From contig JBHJGN010000011.1 in NCBI GenBank assembly GCA_050331735.1, positions 235,119 to 299,118 of the forward strand: a stretch of DNA of 64,000 bases. Reading direction: 5' to 3'. The first letter of the stretch is position 1. Every line of letters starts with the position of its first letter. The translations under genes were made by a program, and so were the position numbers. The notes beneath the pieces are model-generated. The model worked only from the letters and a program-made list of their open reading frames with translations. It was not told where the DNA came from and made no database searches. This stretch comes from Cyanophyceae cyanobacterium. GTDB lineage: Bacteria > Cyanobacteriota > Cyanobacteriia > Cyanobacteriales > JBHJGN01. Below, one piece after another: positions 41,487-50,644 of the stretch.

Positions 41487-43058
41487 TTAAGATATCTTTA
41501 ACAACTCTTTCTTTTTGTCCGGCATGGGAGCAGAGAGTGCTTCTTCTAGATCAGCGCATCCCAGCCTAGCTTCTAAAATTCTCATAACTTCCCGACCAAA
41601 ATCGTGAGGATTTTGCTGCCAAGCCTGGAGGCAGACTTCTCCAAAGAAAGAACCGAGCGGTTCTGGATTCCACAGCAGTTTCTTGGCTGTCCACGGCATC
41701 AAACTCATCGGGTTATATCCAGGTTTGAGGATTTTGTGCTGGAAAGCATATTCTTCCAGGTGCGTGTGAGGCTGTAAACCGATAAAGAAAATGGCTGGCT
41801 CTACCTTATCAGCACCAAAAATTTTTTCCAGCTCTCGATGATAGGCGATGGTTTGCCGGATGGTCTCGGTGGTTTCGTCGATGACGTTAAACGAATAGTT
41901 GACCGATACTAAATCATTAAACCCCGCCGCCTTTAAGTCTCGGCAATTCTGCAAAACGATCCGCAGATTGTAACCCATCCGCATTTTGCGGACTAGCTCT
42001 TGAGAACCACTGGTAATGCCAATTTCGAAGTAATTCATGCCAGTTTTAACCATCAAGTCGCACAGCTTAGGACTGAGGTTATCAGCGCGGATGTAGGCTG
42101 CCCAGTGAATATCGCTCATGCCAGACTCGAGGATCTTGTGCAGCAGCTCTACCGCATCGTTGATAAATCTGCGAGCCGGAATAAACTGAGCATCGGTAAA
42201 CCAAAAGTTCCGAATGCCGCGGTCATAAAGCTGGCGCATTTCTGCCACAACTTCATCGGCTGGATTGATCCGGACCTGTTTGCCTTCGACAACGGTGTAC
42301 ACGCAGTAACAGCAGTTGTGAGGACAGCCACGCTTAGTTTGGACCCCGATATAAAAATCGTTTTCCTGGAGATAATAGTCAAAAGCAGGCCAGATACTAG
42401 CGATGTAGTCATAGTTGCAGGCTGACTTTTCGATCGGTGTCGGCCACTCGTGGATCAGGCGCTCTCTTGGTTGAGTTTCACCGACTACATAACAGCGCTC
42501 GTTCTCATAGCTCTGCCCGCTCAATAACTTTTCTAGTAAAGTTTCTCCCTCGCCAACAGAAACAATCGTTCCTGTTGGGAGGCTGTCTTTTAGCTGCTCG
42601 TAGAAGACGCTGACTGCACCGCCACCGACAACCGCGCGGGCCTGAGAACTGTATTTTCTAGCTCGTTTTAAGCCGCGTCTGATTAGACTCTGGTTCCGCC
42701 ACAGTTCTCCGTAGTAGGCGGTGGTCACTTTTAGTCCTCCCAAAGCTCCGCGCAGCCTCACTAGCGGATTTTTAGCGTAATAAAATTCAAAAGCGTTCTG
42801 GAGAGGGTTGCCGCCTCTCCCGCCAACGGGGGCATAAATTTGAATGTCCCGCCAGGAGAACACCAGAAGCGTCGGCTGAAACTCTTCGATACACTCATCT
42901 AAAGCGCGATTGAAATCTAAGGGGGGAATCGTTCCCAAATCAAGGATTTGCTGCTCAAGGTCTGGAAAGAGCTTGTGTACGTGATCTGCAAGATAGACAA
43001 CCCCAATCGGAAAAATGGGATTGCAGGGAAGACGAACGTAAAGAATTCGCTGTGACAT
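41487..43058 (-). CDS. B12-binding-domain radical SAM protein (PSII high-light acclimation, Slr0320-like)
   Basis: RGCPHNCCYC (CxxxCxxC); N-terminal LPCNPIFPIGVVYLADH. Confidence 0.87.
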   Translation of the reverse strand: MSQRILYVRLPCNPIFPIGVVYLADHVHKLFPDLEQQILDLGTIPPLDFNRALDECIEEFQPTLLVFSWRDIQIYAPVGGRGGNPLQNAFEFYYAKNPLVRLRGALGGLKVTTAYYGELWRNQSLIRRGLKRARKYSSQARAVVGGGAVSVFYEQLKDSLPTGTIVSVGEGETLLEKLLSGQSYENERCYVVGETQPRERLIHEWPTPIEKSACNYDYIASIWPAFDYYLQENDFYIGVQTKRGCPHNCCYCVYTVVEGKQVRINPADEVVAEMRQLYDRGIRNFWFTDAQFIPARRFINDAVELLHKILESGMSDIHWAAYIRADNLSPKLCDLMVKTGMNYFEIGITSGSQELVRKMRMGYNLRIVLQNCRDLKAAGFNDLVSVNYSFNVIDETTETIRQTIAYHRELEKIFGADKVEPAIFFIGLQPHTHLEEYAFQHKILKPGYNPMSLMPWTAKKLLWNPEPLGSFFGEVCLQAWQQNPHDFGREVMRILEARLGCADLEEALSAPMPDKKKELLKIS

Positions 43059-43540
43059 AGCGGCAATGGAGAATTTATCAGGTATGGAGCTAAAAACTTC
43101 GTTTTACCAATTGAACCTCTGCCGGAAGGATGATATATTGAGCTTCAATGAGAGGAGCCACCAAACTCTTTTCCCTTCTGGTGTAAATCTGAATTTGTTT
43201 TACATATCTTAACTTTAGCGGGATCGCTCTCAGCGATCAACTAGTGGTTAAGCAAATTTATGTCTTGGAAAGTGGTAAAGTTTTAGAAATCGAAAACAGA
43301 TAAATTTGGTCACCCTCCGGCCTATTCCGGGCAGAAAGACGAAACAATTTTGAGCGAAAGTGCGGTTTCAGGGTCAAAAATTCTTAATAAAGTATTAAGA
43401 GTGCTTACCTACTCGGGTGTGCTGGCTAGCGATGGCAGATCCTGACCTGATTAGTATTATCGTTTACAGCCAATCGGGATCGCGCAATGCTAGCTTAGAG
43501 GGCGTAATCACACGTCCAGTATCAGAGTGGCTTAATAGCT

Positions 43541-43921
43541 ATGGCTCAAATTCTCGATCCCATCCCTAACGGGCAAAGAAATAGCTTTCTTTGCTGCTAT
43601 GTCAATGCTACCAACCAGATTCAGATTGCTCGCATTAGCAATATTGCTAACTGGTATTTTGAGCGGGTTGTCTTTCCCGGACAACGCTTGGTGTTTGAGG
43701 CGCTACCGAGCGCACTCTTAGAAATTCACACAGGAATGATGGCAAGTGCTATTCTTTCCGATACCATCCCCTGCGAGCGTTTGCGAATTGATGATGGGGA
43801 CGATCTTGACGAAGATGCCCCGTTGGTGCCAACAACCAATACCGCTCATAAACAAAAAGAATCTACTGATAATAAAACTCCCAGTGTCACTCCTTTAACA
43901 ACAGCCTTAAGCTTTTGCTAA
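43541..43921 (+). CDS. DUF1830 domain protein
   Basis: CCYVNATNQIQIARI...YFERVVFPGQRLVFEA. Confidence 0.85.
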   Translation: MAQILDPIPNGQRNSFLCCYVNATNQIQIARISNIANWYFERVVFPGQRLVFEALPSALLEIHTGMMASAILSDTIPCERLRIDDGDDLDEDAPLVPTTNTAHKQKESTDNKTPSVTPLTTALSFC

Positions 43922-43949
43922 ACCTCTTTAAAAAAACTTGATTCTATAG

Positions 43950-43974
43950 GACTACCTTGCGGTAGTCTTTTTTT
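43950..43974 (+). terminator. intrinsic terminator
   Basis: GACTACC-TTGC-GGTAGTC plus T-run. Confidence 0.8.
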
Positions 43975-44017
43975 GGCTTCTAAACGTTTAGGCTAGAAGA
44001 AGCGTGAGGATTATCTT

Positions 44018-44455
44018 GTGAATCTACCGTCTTTTCTATGGCTCTGGAAAATTGCGGCTTGGTCAATGGGCTTGTCGGTGTTGGCCTATCTGTTACTGGG
44101 AGCTAGTGGAGGCTGGCTATTCTACGGGCGAACTCAACATCATCGCCGTCCTGCGTGGCTGAGACCTTTTCACTTGATTATAGGAACCGCGATGGTGTTT
44201 CTCGTGCTGCTGCTGCTAACCATCGGTTTAGTTGGCACAATTGGATACTATGGCAGCCTTGGTCACTCTCTCCATTTAGTGGCCGGGGTAACGGTTGTGT
44301 TGCTGGTACTGCTGTCTGCCTGGAGTGCGACTCAAATCAGTCCCAAGCGGACTTGGGCACGATCGCTCCACGTTGGCACCAATATCGTCCTGCTATTCGG
44401 CTTTGTGTTGGTTTCCCTCACGGGCTGGGATGTCGTGCAGAAGTATTTACCCTAG
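44018..44455 (+). CDS. DUF4079 family membrane protein
   Basis: Four TM helices with His residues (FH, HSLH, LH). Confidence 0.78.
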   Translation: MNLPSFLWLWKIAAWSMGLSVLAYLLLGASGGWLFYGRTQHHRRPAWLRPFHLIIGTAMVFLVLLLLTIGLVGTIGYYGSLGHSLHLVAGVTVVLLVLLSAWSATQISPKRTWARSLHVGTNIVLLFGFVLVSLTGWDVVQKYLP

Positions 44456-44474
44456 TGAATGTGAATGAGGTGGC

Positions 44475-46430
44475 ATGAAGGCAGCAAGTAAAGTTTTAAT
44501 TATCGGCGGCGGAATTATTGGTTTGGCGATCGCCGTCGAGCTAAAGCTTCGTGGAACTAGCGTTACGGTGCTAAGCCGTGACTTTAGCCAAGCCGCCACT
44601 CATGCGGCGGCGGGGATGTTAGCACCTGATGCAGAAACTCTGGCTCCGGGTCCGATGCGGGAGCTGTGTTTCAACTCTCGCTGGCTTTACAGAGAGTGGA
44701 CGCGGAAGCTTGAAGAAATTTCTGGCGTGGATGTGGGCTACCTCCCCTGCGGTATTCTCGCCCCTACCTTTGAGGGGTCTTCATCCGCTGACGACGAGTC
44801 CTCAGCGGTATGGTTAGACCGAGAGGCCATCAATCTCTATCAGCCCGGACTCGGAGCAGAGGTACAGGGGGGCTGGTGGTATCCCGAAGATGGACAGGTG
44901 GACAATCGCTGCTTAGCCAAAGCGCTGTTGCAGGCGGCTCGTTCGCTGGGGGTCGACCTCCAAGAAGGAGTGACGGTGGAGGCAATTGCTCAAAAGCATG
45001 GACAGGTAGATACCTTGTTGACCTCAGCAGGACCGATGACTGCCGAAACCTACGTGCTGGCTACCGGAGCCTGGGCTAATCAACTGCTGCCCCTGCCTGT
45101 GCGTCCGGTGAAGGGGCAAATGCTGTCGCTCCGCATGCCGAGGGAGGCACATCAACCCTTCCCCCTACAGCGAGTCCTATACGGTGAAGAGGTTTACCTC
45201 GTTCCTCGGCGAGACGGACGCTTACTTGTCGGGGCAACGGTGGAAGAAGTCGGCTGGACTCCTCACAACACGCCGACGGGGATTCATCAGTTACTAGAGC
45301 AGGGCATGCGGCTCTACCCGGGGTTGCAAGAGTGGGCAATCGAAGAGTTCTGGTGGGGGTTTCGCCCGGGCACACCAGACGAGCAGCCGATTTTAGGGGT
45401 GGGTTCCTGCGACAATCTTTCCTTAGCCATCGGTCACTACCGCAACGGCATTCTGCTTGCTCCAGTAACGGCGACTCTTTTAGCAGACCAAATTTTGCAG
45501 CAGAAAACCGACCCACTCCTTAAGCATTTTCGCAGCGATCGCTTTTACTCCCAATCCAATTCATCCCACTCAGCTATGATTGTTACTTCCAGTTCAAAGT
45601 CTCTTCAGGCTTCTCCAAGACAAGAGCTTTCAGCGATTGATCAGCCTCTCGTCATCGCTGGTCGCACCTTTGGCTCGCGCCTGATGACGGGGACGGGCAA
45701 GTATTCCAGCATCGAAGCGATGCAGCAGAGTATCGCCGCGAGCGGCAGTGAAATTGTGACAGTGGCGGTGCGGCGCGTACAAACGAAAGCTCCCGGACAC
45801 GAAGGTCTGGCCCAGGCGATCGACTGGTCAAAGATTTGGATGCTGCCCAACACGGCTGGCTGCAAAACGGCAGAAGAAGCCGTGCGGGTGGCTCGCTTGG
45901 GTCGAGAAATGGCGAAGCTACTCGGACAGGAAGATAACAACTTTGTCAAGCTCGAAGTGATTCCCGATCCTAAATATCTCCTTCCAGACCCGATCGGAAC
46001 CCTCCAGGCTGCCGAACAGCTTGTTCAAGAAGGGTTTGCGGTGCTGCCCTATATCAATGCCGATCCGATGCTAGCAAAGCATTTAGAAGAAGCTGGCTGC
46101 GTCACCGTGATGCCCCTCGGTTCCCCGATTGGTTCCGGGCAGGGCATCAAAAATGCGGCCAACATCGCCATTATTATTGAGGAAGCTAAGATTCCGGTCG
46201 TGGTCGATGCTGGCATTGGCACACCGAGCGAAGCGGCGTACTCGATGGAGTTGGGCGCCGATGCGCTGCTGATTAATAGTGCGATCGCGCTGGCTAAAAA
46301 TCCAGTAGCGATGGCGCGAGCAATGGGTATGGCCACCGAAGCCGGACGAATGGCTTATCTATCGGGGCGCATTCCGGTGAAGAACTATGCCAGCGCCAGT
46401 TCACCTATGACGGGAACGATTAACGGATGA
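44475..46430 (+). CDS. thiG: fused glycine oxidase ThiO / thiazole synthase ThiG
   Basis: N-half [23 protein letters not shown]-half [31 protein letters not shown]. Confidence 0.93.
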   Translation: MKAASKVLIIGGGIIGLAIAVELKLRGTSVTVLSRDFSQAATHAAAGMLAPDAETLAPGPMRELCFNSRWLYREWTRKLEEISGVDVGYLPCGILAPTFEGSSSADDESSAVWLDREAINLYQPGLGAEVQGGWWYPEDGQVDNRCLAKALLQAARSLGVDLQEGVTVEAIAQKHGQVDTLLTSAGPMTAETYVLATGAWANQLLPLPVRPVKGQMLSLRMPREAHQPFPLQRVLYGEEVYLVPRRDGRLLVGATVEEVGWTPHNTPTGIHQLLEQGMRLYPGLQEWAIEEFWWGFRPGTPDEQPILGVGSCDNLSLAIGHYRNGILLAPVTATLLADQILQQKTDPLLKHFRSDRFYSQSNSSHSAMIVTSSSKSLQASPRQELSAIDQPLVIAGRTFGSRLMTGTGKYSSIEAMQQSIAASGSEIVTVAVRRVQTKAPGHEGLAQAIDWSKIWMLPNTAGCKTAEEAVRVARLGREMAKLLGQEDNNFVKLEVIPDPKYLLPDPIGTLQAAEQLVQEGFAVLPYINADPMLAKHLEEAGCVTVMPLGSPIGSGQGIKNAANIAIIIEEAKIPVVVDAGIGTPSEAAYSMELGADALLINSAIALAKNPVAMARAMGMATEAGRMAYLSGRIPVKNYASASSPMTGTING

Positions 46431-46450
46431 TGATTGTAGCCACCTAATTC

Positions 46451-46798
46451 CTAATGCCTGTGTAAAGCAGCAAGCCGTTCTCTTACTGTCGGCGATCGAA
46501 ATCCTAAGACAATATCTTGAGGAGAAACACCGTACGCGATCAATTCACGATCGATAACAATTTCAGTGCTGTTGTGCTGAATCCAGACTTTGCCATCGAT
46601 GAAGTCTAACTGCATGGCACAACCGTAGATGCGGTAGTCGCCACGCCAACCGTTATGCCTAACAAGATAGCGAATCTCCTACGGAGAGGCTGCGCCAACG
46701 CGCTCAACATCAAAAATTAACCGGGCTTCTGGATCGCCAGAGGCGAAATTCTTTAAGAAATCACACACAATTTGACGATACTGACTTACTCGATCCAT
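46451..46798 (-). pseudogene. xisI-family gene interrupted by a 24-nt insertion with an in-frame TAG
   Basis: MDRVSQYRQIV...LIFDVER[VGAASP*E]IRYLVRHNGW...IYGCAMQLDFIDGKVWIQHNSTE...GVSPQDIVLGF; 116 codons in one frame. Confidence 0.87.
46675..46698. mobile_element. 24-nt small dispersed repeat (SDR1-like) in a HIP1-like site
   Basis: GCGAA-[TCTCCTACGGAGAGGCTGCGCCAA]-CGC; removing it leaves a one-mismatch GCGATCGC and an open xisI frame. Confidence 0.75.
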
Positions 46799-46870
46799 TC
46801 CTCACTCACCTCCTGAGCTGAATTATAAATAATTAAGCGAACACCATAGCGAGCGATCGCCTTTTGGATT
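46786..46870 (-). pseudogene. xisH-family 3' remnant
   Basis: IQKAIARYGVRLIIYNSAQEVSEEWIE* overlaps the xisI start as in intact xisH-xisI pairs; 5' part absent. Confidence 0.72.
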
Positions 46871-46975
46871 GTAGCCAGAGTAGCCTTAAAGAGGCTTCAA
46901 TGTAGACCCTCACTTAAATTGGGCTTGATGTTCGTTTAAGATCTTCTTAAGTTCTATTTGCTGATGTTTATTTGA

Positions 46976-48556
46976 ATGGCAGTTGCAATCGATTTTGGCA
47001 CCAGTAACACGGTGATTACTCGCTGGAATAGCGCGACAGAGCAGCCAGAGACGCTCAATCTTGCAGAAGTGACTCAAAAACTAGGGGATAACCCGCCTCT
47101 GATTCCCAGCCTTGTCTATGTCGAGAATGCGGCTCAGGGGAACATTGTGCTTGGTCAAGCGGTGCGCGATCGCGGACTCGATCTCAAAACTGATCCGCGC
47201 TTCTTTCGCAGCTTCAAGCGCGGCATCGGTACGCCAATTCAGGGGTTTCTGCCAGAACTCGATCAAACCACTGTCACCTTTGAAGACGTAGGTAACTGGT
47301 TTCTCACCTCCCTGATCGAAAAGCTACCGTCAGCAGACATGGCTGATTCATTGGTGCTAACGGTTCCGGTAGATAGTTTTGAATCCTATCGTCGCTGGCT
47401 AGGGGAGGTATGTCAGTCTTGGTCGGTTGAACAGATACGGATGCTGGATGAACCAACGGCGGCGGCTTTAGGGTACGGCACTGCCGATCGTGATGTGCTG
47501 TTAGTCGTTGACTTTGGAGGCGGTACTTTGGATCTTTCCTTAGTGCAGCTAAATATGGGCAGCAGCCAGCCGAAGGGATTTATTTTAAAGTGGGGAAAAA
47601 AGCTACAGGGGAATAGTTCTAGGCAAAAACAGAAGACCGCTCGCGTGTTGGCAAAAGCCGGCACAAATCTGGGCGGTTCTGACCTAGATAACTGGATTGC
47701 AGATTACTTCAATGACACGCAGGGATTACCAAAATCGCCCTTGACAACGCGCCTAGCAGAACGGCTGAAGATTAATCTTTCCTCGCAAACTGAAGCGAAC
47801 GAAGTTTATTTTAATGACGAAACCTTTGAGACCTTTGAATTGACGCTGACCCGCGAGCGCTTTGAGGAGATTCTGCATCAGCAGCAGTTCTTTACTCAGC
47901 TTGACGAGTTAATGACGCAGGTGTTGCAGCAGGGACGGCGGAACGGTATTGAAACCACCGATATTGATGCGGTGTTGCTGGTAGGGGGAACGGTGCAAAT
48001 CCCGTCAGTACAGAACTGGGTGCAACAGTACTTCGATGACGACAAAATTCGCTGTGATCGCCCCTTTGAAGCGATTGCTAGCGGTGCACTACAGTTGGCT
48101 CAAGGCTTTGAGCTAAAAGACTTTCTCTACCACAGCTACGGTATCCGCTACTGGAATCGTCAGCAAAACCGCCATAGCTGGCACCCCATTGTGAAAAGCG
48201 GACAGCCTTACCCGATGAGTAACCCCATTGAGCTATCTTTAGGAGCGTCTTTAGAGAATCAGCCGAGTATCGAGCTTATTATCGGGGAGTTGGGCGCAGA
48301 AGCTGGAGGAACGGAGGTCTATTTTGATGGCGATCGCCTGGTGACTCGCAGCGTCGGCGATCCGGTGGTGCAGCCGCTCAATGATTCGGAGGGAGCGCGC
48401 ACCATTGCTCAGCTTACTCCTCCTGGGTTTCCAGGAAGCGATCGCATTAAGCTTCAATTTTGGGTAGACGAGCAGCGTTTTTTACGAATTACCGTCGAAG
48501 ATTTGCTGACAAATGAAACGTTGCTGAATGGAAAAGCAGTAGCACAGTTGAGTTAG
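46976..48556 (+). CDS. Hsp70 family protein (atypical DnaK-like)
   Basis: AIDFGTSNT, DEPTAAALGY, DFGGGTLD, LVGG. Confidence 0.88.
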   Translation: MAVAIDFGTSNTVITRWNSATEQPETLNLAEVTQKLGDNPPLIPSLVYVENAAQGNIVLGQAVRDRGLDLKTDPRFFRSFKRGIGTPIQGFLPELDQTTVTFEDVGNWFLTSLIEKLPSADMADSLVLTVPVDSFESYRRWLGEVCQSWSVEQIRMLDEPTAAALGYGTADRDVLLVVDFGGGTLDLSLVQLNMGSSQPKGFILKWGKKLQGNSSRQKQKTARVLAKAGTNLGGSDLDNWIADYFNDTQGLPKSPLTTRLAERLKINLSSQTEANEVYFNDETFETFELTLTRERFEEILHQQQFFTQLDELMTQVLQQGRRNGIETTDIDAVLLVGGTVQIPSVQNWVQQYFDDDKIRCDRPFEAIASGALQLAQGFELKDFLYHSYGIRYWNRQQNRHSWHPIVKSGQPYPMSNPIELSLGASLENQPSIELIIGELGAEAGGTEVYFDGDRLVTRSVGDPVVQPLNDSEGARTIAQLTPPGFPGSDRIKLQFWVDEQRFLRITVEDLLTNETLLNGKAVAQLS

Positions 48557-49265
48557 AGTGGCCTTGACTAGCATCGTTTGTCAATAAGAATTTACGTTTT
48601 CCATTCAGTGTCTGGAACATGAGCACTCCCCATAATGTTACGTAGAGTGCCATTGGGAAGATTACGTCCTTCGTGATCGGGCACAATTACCTGGCCTAGA
48701 TCTAGGATAGCTGTCACAAGCGGACCAACTCACTTGAAACCACTGTACTGAAAGCTTTTCAGCCGTAGCCCTTTTAGAGGAAACTTTGTTTAGAATTACC
48801 CGTATTTGATACCAAAGCAGTTCCTAGGAATGAAAAGATGGGGGTTTCAGAGCTTCTTCATTGACTAATTTGTCAACTTGGCACTACCTGTTAGCTTTTC
48901 TAGGCTTAGTCCGTTTTGGTGCGGGTAGGCAAGCTTGGTTTCTAGAGCCCCAGACTGATAGTCTGAGGATAAATCCGTCGCGTTTGTACAAAGAATACAG
49001 CACTAATACCCATAAAAAAAAAGTAAGAGACAGAAATAACCAGAAAAACAAGCAATAGGCTTGTTTAAGTATATTTTTTGGCCCAATTGTCAAATTCAGC
49101 GGTTAAAACTTTGCTTCAGAATCATGAGAAATGCTCAAAGATTCACGAATGACTTTCTCAATTTTTAACTTACGCATAGTATGATATCTATGACCTGAGC
49201 TCCTACAGGTTAGCAACACTAGCATTTTATAGTGTTAGTTGAATTGTATTGCTCTCGCTAATCTG

Positions 49266-50426
49266 ATGCAAAAACCTTTGATTCAAGAAAGAAGCGTTTC
49301 TTCCCCCAGAAAAAGAAACTTTTCTTTTGATCTTCTCAAGGCCATTGGTATTCTCAGTATCATTCTTGCACATACAGGCTTGAACGACTACTGGATGATT
49401 CAGCAGACAAGAAACTTTGATGTTCCCCTGATGGTTATTGTTTCGGGAGCGTTATTCTGGCTAACATCAGGCAAAAATAACTCTTCATGGGTGGAGTATC
49501 TTCGGAAAAGAATTTTTAGATTGATTGTCCCAGTTTGGTGCTTTTTTTGCTTCTTTTTCACTATTGCTGGCCTATTTTCAACCGTACGAGGAATCAATTA
49601 TCCATTTAGCATTAAGCAGGTTCTTTATACCTTCCTTCTTCTCAACGAAGGTGTTCAATATGTCTGGATTGTTCGCGTTTTCCTACTAATTGCTATGATT
49701 GCTCCTTGGCTACTTCTTCTACAGAAAAAGTTTAAGCGCAACAGTACTTTTATATTTGCCATAATTCCTGTCTATCTAGTGTATGAGTTGCTGGTGAAAC
49801 TGAGACGTTTACTGCCAGCAAACGGTGAAGTTTCAGGAATTCAGGAATTTTTTTGGCAAAGGATACTGCTAAACTTGTTGATTGACCAAATTCTTTTTTT
49901 ACTAATTCCTTATGCTTGTCTGTTTGCTGTTGGAATTGTTCTTGTTCAAATCAGAAAAAGCACTTTAACTAAGTTGATGATGGCAACTGCCAGCCTATTT
50001 ATTATTTTGGCGATCGCTTATGCCATCGATGCTCATGCTTTTGTGCTGACTCAGCAATACAAATATCCGCCAAGGCTATATTATCTTGCCTACGGTTTGT
50101 GTGCTTCGATTGGTTTATACTTGCTTAGCGATCGCCTCTGTACCAGATTGAGCGGAATGTTTGAAAAACCTTGGGTAGCAAAGCCACTTGTCTTTATTAG
50201 TAAATCAACGCTGTGGATTTATCTATGGCACATCTTTTTCCTCTACGCCTGGGTAGAGACAGTGGGGTTTCTCAGCGGGTATCAGAGCATTTATGAATTC
50301 TTGGCCATTATTGCACTGTCGATAGCAACAACGTACTTACAGAAAGCTTTCTTCTCCTGGCTGCTTGCTAATGTTTCGTTCAAACCAGGTACAGCTCATT
50401 TTCTCAAAATTGCGTTTCTTCAGTAG
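49266..50426 (+). CDS. acyltransferase-3 (OafA-like) membrane protein
   Basis: FDLLKAIGILSIILAH, VPLMVIVSG, RKRIFRL, SKSTLWIYLWH; multiple TM helices. Confidence 0.82.
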   Translation: MQKPLIQERSVSSPRKRNFSFDLLKAIGILSIILAHTGLNDYWMIQQTRNFDVPLMVIVSGALFWLTSGKNNSSWVEYLRKRIFRLIVPVWCFFCFFFTIAGLFSTVRGINYPFSIKQVLYTFLLLNEGVQYVWIVRVFLLIAMIAPWLLLLQKKFKRNSTFIFAIIPVYLVYELLVKLRRLLPANGEVSGIQEFFWQRILLNLLIDQILFLLIPYACLFAVGIVLVQIRKSTLTKLMMATASLFIILAIAYAIDAHAFVLTQQYKYPPRLYYLAYGLCASIGLYLLSDRLCTRLSGMFEKPWVAKPLVFISKSTLWIYLWHIFFLYAWVETVGFLSGYQSIYEFLAIIALSIATTYLQKAFFSWLLANVSFKPGTAHFLKIAFLQ

Positions 50427-50644
50427 AAAAAATTTGGCAGTCTTCATGTCTAAAGTTCCTGACTTTGGTTGATTGTTAATGGCTCATTGTCTTCTCAGTT
50501 GAGGATGACGCACAAAGACAATCGAAAACGATTATTTCCCAAGTTAGTAAGGTACACAAGCTCAATAGTCAGACAATCAACCATCAATGATTAATAAAAG
50601 GCTCAGCCGCTCGGACGGTGCTCTACGAGAGTAAGAACCGCTAT

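Noticed and set aside
46678..46682. In-frame TAG in xisI as pyrrolysine or programmed readthrough
   Set aside because: The stop lies inside the inserted repeat and no pyl genes are present
46451..46930. xisH/xisI as evidence of an fdxN excision element
   Set aside because: No recombinase or interrupted target gene; xisHI pairs are widespread outside such elements
48861..49093. Two overlapping short ORFs upstream of the acyltransferase
   Set aside because: TTG starts, no RBS or family motif; the hydrophobic stretch is explained by T-rich DNA
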